Source: an uncultured Acidimicrobiales bacterium (GTDB lineage: Bacteria; Actinomycetota; Acidimicrobiia; Acidimicrobiales; UBA10347). Taken from it: 64,000 nt of DNA. The translations under genes were made by a program, and so were the position numbers. Positions 59,699-64,000 of the stretch are shown here, one piece after another. The notes under the pieces were generated by a model, which had not been told where the DNA came from, made no database searches, and saw nothing but the letters and a program-made list of their open reading frames with translations. Each line of letters starts with the position of its first letter. Within the stretch, counting starts at the first letter, position 1. The stretch covers positions 372,001-436,000 of the forward strand of contig CALSSD010000010.1 of the NCBI GenBank assembly GCA_943788915.1, given 5' to 3'.

Positions 59699-60913
59699 GT
59701 GACCAGGTCAGTCATCATCGTCGGCGCCGGACCCGCAGGTACAGCGGCTGCAATCGAACTTCGACGCGCGGGTGCGATCGTGACCATGATCGACAAGGCC
59801 ACCTTCCCACGCGACAAATGTTGTGGCGACGGCCTGACATCGGGTGCGCTTCGTCACCTTGACCACCTCGGACTTGACCCTGTCGACGTGGCCACATGGC
59901 AGCCCGTGGCAGATGTATGGATCACTCGACCATCGGGTGACCAAATGCTCTTCCCGTTACCGAAGGGGCCAGGCCAGTTCGCAGCCACTGCATCTCGCGA
60001 AGATCTCGACATGGCACTCGTCAATTTGGCGTTGAAAGAGGGCGTAGACCTTCGCCAGGGTGTTGTTCTTGAGGCGGTCTCGTTATTCGACGACCGGGTC
60101 GAGGTCGAGACCTCAGAAGGCATGCTCACAGCTGACTGGCTTATCGCCGCCGATGGCATGTGGTCGCCTACCCGCAAGGCACTGGGCCTGAACCAGGGCA
60201 GTTATCGGGGGGAATGGCATGCGTTCCGCCAGTACTTCAGCAACGTGTCGCCTCGTGCCGCCCACGATTTGTTCGTGTGGTTCGAGCCCGACATTCTCCC
60301 CGGCTACATGTGGTGTTTCCCGCTACCGGACAACCGAGCCAACATCGGCTTCGGTGTGATCCGTGGTGGTGAGCACAAGATGAAGGAGATGGGTGATCTG
60401 TGGCGTGACCTTCTCGAACGCCCACATATCCGCGAGATCATCGGTCACGATGCCGAACCAGAGGGATCCCACAAGGCGTGGCCGATCCCAGCCCGTATTG
60501 GCGAGATGCCGCTAACGGCCCACCGCACGTTCTTTGTGGGCGATGCCACCGCTGCTTGTGATCCCATGACTGGCGAAGGCATAGGACAGGCGTTGCAGAC
60601 GGGCATGGCCGCTGCCGAAGCAATCATTCAGGCGTCATCGCCAGCCGCAGGTGCCGCCCTCTACACGCTCGATACCGAGCGCGAGTTGGGTGTCGACATG
60701 CGGTTCGCCGCAACACTCGGACAGGTTTTGAGTAGCGGCCCTGGCGCCGAGTGGGCATTGAAGACGGCAGGGATGACCGACTGGACACGGCGAAATTTTG
60801 CTCGTTGGTTGTTCGAGGACTACCCGCGTGCGCTTCTTGGGACGCCTCGTAGATGGGCCCGAGACATGTTCAGTAAGCCTGGCGCATTCACGGGTTCGGG
60901 TTCACAGAGCTAA
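59699..60913 (+). CDS. Geranylgeranyl reductase family FAD oxidoreductase (MenJ-like)
   Basis: VGAGPAG, FPRDKCCGDG, IAADG, GYMWCFP, VGDA...DPMTGEGI. Confidence 0.9.
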   Translation: MTRSVIIVGAGPAGTAAAIELRRAGAIVTMIDKATFPRDKCCGDGLTSGALRHLDHLGLDPVDVATWQPVADVWITRPSGDQMLFPLPKGPGQFAATASREDLDMALVNLALKEGVDLRQGVVLEAVSLFDDRVEVETSEGMLTADWLIAADGMWSPTRKALGLNQGSYRGEWHAFRQYFSNVSPRAAHDLFVWFEPDILPGYMWCFPLPDNRANIGFGVIRGGEHKMKEMGDLWRDLLERPHIREIIGHDAEPEGSHKAWPIPARIGEMPLTAHRTFFVGDATAACDPMTGEGIGQALQTGMAAAEAIIQASSPAAGAALYTLDTERELGVDMRFAATLGQVLSSGPGAEWALKTAGMTDWTRRNFARWLFEDYPRALLGTPRRWARDMFSKPGAFTGSGSQS

Positions 60914-60951
60914 CGGTCGAGGGAACACTACGAACCGATCGGCGAGAGGGC

Positions 60952-61000
60952 TGTGGAAAAACACCGCGAAATCCACAGCAAATCCTCCTAGCTATCCACA
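60952..61000. promoter_or_regulatory. Three DnaA-box-like sites upstream of nrdJ
   Basis: TGTGGAAAA at 60952-60960, AAATCCACA at 60969-60977, CTATCCACA at 60992-61000. Confidence 0.55.
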
Positions 61001-61022
61001 GGGTGGAGTCTCTAAGGTTGGT

Positions 61023-61163
61023 GCGGGGGTGCATCGCTCACCTCGTAGTAGTTCGGCCTGTGGCAAGTTCTGAGACCGTGGTGGGTCGAGAGCGAAACCT
61101 TCAGGCGGGGGTTCGGATCCCCTGCCTGTGACCTGAACTACTCGAGTGAGCGATGCGACCCGC
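61023..61163 (+). ncRNA. Unassigned structured RNA or nrdJ 5' leader
   Basis: About 30-bp closing stem enclosing two hairpins; begins just after a TAAGGT -10 element at 61013-61018. Confidence 0.65.
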
Positions 61164-61224
61164 CTTCTTCCGGGGCTTTCCCTCGCGAGAGCACACCCGT
61201 TCGACTGACTGGCAGACTTAACCC

Positions 61225-63969
61225 ATGTCCATTGCTCCGGACCAGACCCGCATTGGTTTACGACGATGGTTCACCATCGAAGGTGTCCACCCCGACGACG
61301 AACTCGAATGGGAACGCCGTTCGATCAAGATCACGAACGCACTCGACGGTTCAACGGTCTTTGCCCAGGACGATGTGGAGTTCCCCGTCAACTGGTCCGA
61401 GACCGCAGGCAAGATCGTTGCCCAGAAGTACTTCCGCGGCCAACAAGGCACCGACGGGCGCGAATGGTCGCTGCGACAGGTCATCGACCGGGTTGTCACC
61501 ACAATTGCTGACTGGGGCGAGGCCGACAATTACTTCGCTGATGGTTCCGAAGCTGGGACCTTCCGAGCCGAGTTGACCTGGCTCCTGCTGAACCAACGGG
61601 CTGCGTTTAACTCACCGGTGTGGTTCAACATTGGTGTGGCGGATGTACCCCAGCAGTCCTCGGCATGTTTTATTCTCGCCGTCGACGACGACATGGACTC
61701 GATCCTGAACTGGTATGTGGAAGAGGGGCGTATCTTCAAAGGTGGCAGTGGTTCCGGCGTGAATCTCAGCCGCATTCGTTCGTCGAAAGAGAAGATGAAT
61801 GGTGGTGGCCACCCAAGCGGCCCCGTCAGTTTCATGCGAGGCGCCGATGCATCGGCAGGCACCATCAAGAGCGGTGGGAAGACTCGTCGAGCCGCCAAGA
61901 TGGTTGTACTCGACGTCGACCACCCCGATGTTGGCGAGTTCATCTGGTGTAAAGCCAAAGAAGAGAAAAAAGCGCATGCGCTGGCTGCAGCCGGCTTCGA
62001 CATGTCGCTCGATGGCGAAGACATCCATTCGCTGCAGTACCAGAACGCGAACAACTCGGTCCGACTCAGCGACTCATTCATGCGAGCAGTGGTCGACGAC
62101 GCGCCGTGGGACCTCATCGCACGCACCGATAGCTCGGTCGTTGAAACGCGTCCAGCTCGCGAGATCTTTGCCGACATAGCCGAAGCAGCGTGGCAATGTG
62201 CCGACCCGGGTGTGCAGTTCGAGACGACCATCAACAAATGGCATACGTCTCCAACCGCTGGACCGATCAACGCCAGCAACCCGTGCAGCGAGTACCTGCA
62301 TCTCGACAACAGCGCATGCAACCTAGCCAGTCTTAACCTGCTGAGTTTCCTCGGCGACGATGACCAGTTCGATGTCGAAGGGTTCCGTGCTGCCTGCCAG
62401 ATCATGATCACGGCCCAAGAGATCCTCGTTGGACATTCGTCCTACCCGACCGAAAAGATCGGCGAGAACACTCGCAGGTACCGCCAGCTCGGCCTCGGCT
62501 ACACCAACCTTGGTGCGCTGCTGATGGCAACCGGCAAGGCGTACGACAGCGACGACGGTCGCAGCACCGCTGGTGCAATCACCGCGTTGATGTGCGGCGA
62601 GGCCTATCGCACGTCGGCTCGTATCGCCCGTCGTATGGGCCCCTACGACGGCTACGCGAACGACAGCGACGCCATGCTCAAGGTGCTCGACATGCATCGC
62701 AACGAGGCGTTGGCGCTTGACCAGTCGGTGATTGAGCCAGAGATGGCCAGCGCTATTGCCGAGTCATGGAACGAAGCATGTGTACTTGCCCAGGCGAGCG
62801 GCGTCCGGAACGCTCAGACCACGGTGTTGGCGCCCACAGGAACCATCAGCTTCATGATGGACTGCGACACGACCGGCATTGAGCCAGACTTCGCACTGGT
62901 CAAACACAAGCAGCTTGTTGGCGGTGGTTTCCTGGCCATGGTCAATCGCACGGTGCCTCGGGCTCTGCGTCGCCTGGGGTACGCCCCTTCACGTATCGAC
63001 GCCATCGTGCAGCACCTCGAGACGCACGGAAGCATCGAAGGTGCTCCTGACCTAAACGCCGAGCACCACAGTGTCTTCGCCTGTTCGGTCGGCGAGAATG
63101 CCATCAGCGCAGCAGGCCATGTTGGCATGATGGCTGCGGCTCAACCCTTCCTGTCTGGCGGTATTTCCAAGACCGTGAACCTGCCTGAAACCGCCACGGC
63201 ACAAGATATCGAATCCTTGTTGATCGACGCCTGGCGCACGGGCGTGAAAGCAGTCGCGGTGTACCGCGACAATTGCAAGGTCGCGCAGCCGCTGTCCTCG
63301 GGGGCAGCAGCTTCAGATAATGAGGCTCCTGCAGTGTCGGTGGACGCGCCAGCACAGCAAGTTCCCGAGCGACGGCGGCTGCCGCGATCTCGTCGATCGC
63401 GCACCTTCGACTTCCGAGTTGCCGACTGCAAAGGTTTTGTCACCGTTGGCGAGTATGACGACGGCCGTCCTGGCGAAATCTTTGTTCGGGTGTCAAAGCA
63501 AGGATCCACCTTGGCCGGCATCATGGACGCGTTTGCCATGTCTCTGAGTCATGGTCTGCAATACGGCGTGCCACTGAGTGCATTCGTGCAGACATTTGTC
63601 GGCATGCGCTTCGAGCCTGCTGGCATGACCGACGATCCCGAGTTGCGCATTGCAAGCAGCCTGATCGACTATGTGTTCCGCCGGTTGGCGATCGACTATC
63701 TGACCCCTGAAGAACGCTCGGCACTGAACATCTTCACCGTCGGCGAACGGACGCAGCAGACACTTCCGGGTGTGGTCGAAGCGACGACAACCTCGTCGCC
63801 AGGGCTGGATCTGATCCCGGAACCGGCAACTATTGCGCTTACGCCCACGCTCGATCTTGGGCTGAGTTCAAGTGACGCTCCGCTGTGTATGGACTGCGGA
63901 ACGATCATGGTCCGTGCGGGTAGCTGCTACGCATGCCAGAGTTGCGGCAGCACCAGCGGCTGTAGCTAG
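61225..63969 (+). CDS. nrdJ: Class II (adenosylcobalamin-dependent) ribonucleotide reductase
   Basis: FNSPVWFN, QQSSACFI, RRAAKM, SNPCSEY...ACNLASLNL, APTGTISF, YRD; C-terminal TSCPD-like domain and CxxC...CxxC zinc ribbon. Confidence 0.96.
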   Translation: MSIAPDQTRIGLRRWFTIEGVHPDDELEWERRSIKITNALDGSTVFAQDDVEFPVNWSETAGKIVAQKYFRGQQGTDGREWSLRQVIDRVVTTIADWGEADNYFADGSEAGTFRAELTWLLLNQRAAFNSPVWFNIGVADVPQQSSACFILAVDDDMDSILNWYVEEGRIFKGGSGSGVNLSRIRSSKEKMNGGGHPSGPVSFMRGADASAGTIKSGGKTRRAAKMVVLDVDHPDVGEFIWCKAKEEKKAHALAAAGFDMSLDGEDIHSLQYQNANNSVRLSDSFMRAVVDDAPWDLIARTDSSVVETRPAREIFADIAEAAWQCADPGVQFETTINKWHTSPTAGPINASNPCSEYLHLDNSACNLASLNLLSFLGDDDQFDVEGFRAACQIMITAQEILVGHSSYPTEKIGENTRRYRQLGLGYTNLGALLMATGKAYDSDDGRSTAGAITALMCGEAYRTSARIARRMGPYDGYANDSDAMLKVLDMHRNEALALDQSVIEPEMASAIAESWNEACVLAQASGVRNAQTTVLAPTGTISFMMDCDTTGIEPDFALVKHKQLVGGGFLAMVNRTVPRALRRLGYAPSRIDAIVQHLETHGSIEGAPDLNAEHHSVFACSVGENAISAAGHVGMMAAAQPFLSGGISKTVNLPETATAQDIESLLIDAWRTGVKAVAVYRDNCKVAQPLSSGAAASDNEAPAVSVDAPAQQVPERRRLPRSRRSRTFDFRVADCKGFVTVGEYDDGRPGEIFVRVSKQGSTLAGIMDAFAMSLSHGLQYGVPLSAFVQTFVGMRFEPAGMTDDPELRIASSLIDYVFRRLAIDYLTPEERSALNIFTVGERTQQTLPGVVEATTTSSPGLDLIPEPATIALTPTLDLGLSSSDAPLCMDCGTIMVRAGSCYACQSCGSTSGCS

Positions 63970-64000
63970 CCCTCGCAAACCGGAGCCACGTTGGACGAGG

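Noticed and set aside
61065..61100. CTGAGA...GAAAC as a hammerhead ribozyme core
   Set aside because: Not the canonical CUGANGA, and the stem geometry around GAAA does not fit; kept only as an unassigned RNA
61225..63969. Intein or intron in nrdJ (also checked for dnaE2)
   Set aside because: Lengths and motif spacing are normal; no intein splice-junction or homing-endonuclease motifs seen

Overview
A 64-kb window of high-GC bacterial chromosome. An actinobacterium of class Acidimicrobiia is inferred from CarD, Mca, CofC, an F420-type LLM enzyme, actinobacterial DnaE2 and TCGAAC-N4-GTTCGA SOS boxes. Housekeeping and metabolic genes: gltX 3' end, ilvE, tRNA-Pro/Glu/Gln, carD, acetoacetyl-CoA synthetase, an Opp/Dpp-type ABC operon, cofC, gpsA, rnhB, the imuA-imuB-dnaE2 mutasome cassette, an MgtE-like transporter with a PhoU/TrkA-C partner, mca, a molybdopterin oxidoreductase, a P450, a multicopper oxidase and class II ribonucleotide reductase nrdJ. 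One complete IS481 with a 6-bp target duplication is present. No CRISPR array, prophage or defence island was seen. The best candidates for novelty are: (i) a ~140-nt long-stem structured RNA preceded by three DnaA-box-like sites upstream of nrdJ; (ii) a secreted 24-Cys repeat protein ending in PSFTG with no membrane tail, with a structured 5' leader and followed by a two-module small RNA/micropeptide unit; (iii) an Opp ATPase and permease that each carry an inserted hydrophobic hairpin; (iv) two PafBC-like TGTCAC-N10-CAnnnT promoters on unknown genes. About five single-base frameshifts, mostly in short homopolymers, probably reflect assembly error. All family calls come from motif recognition by eye, not database searches.
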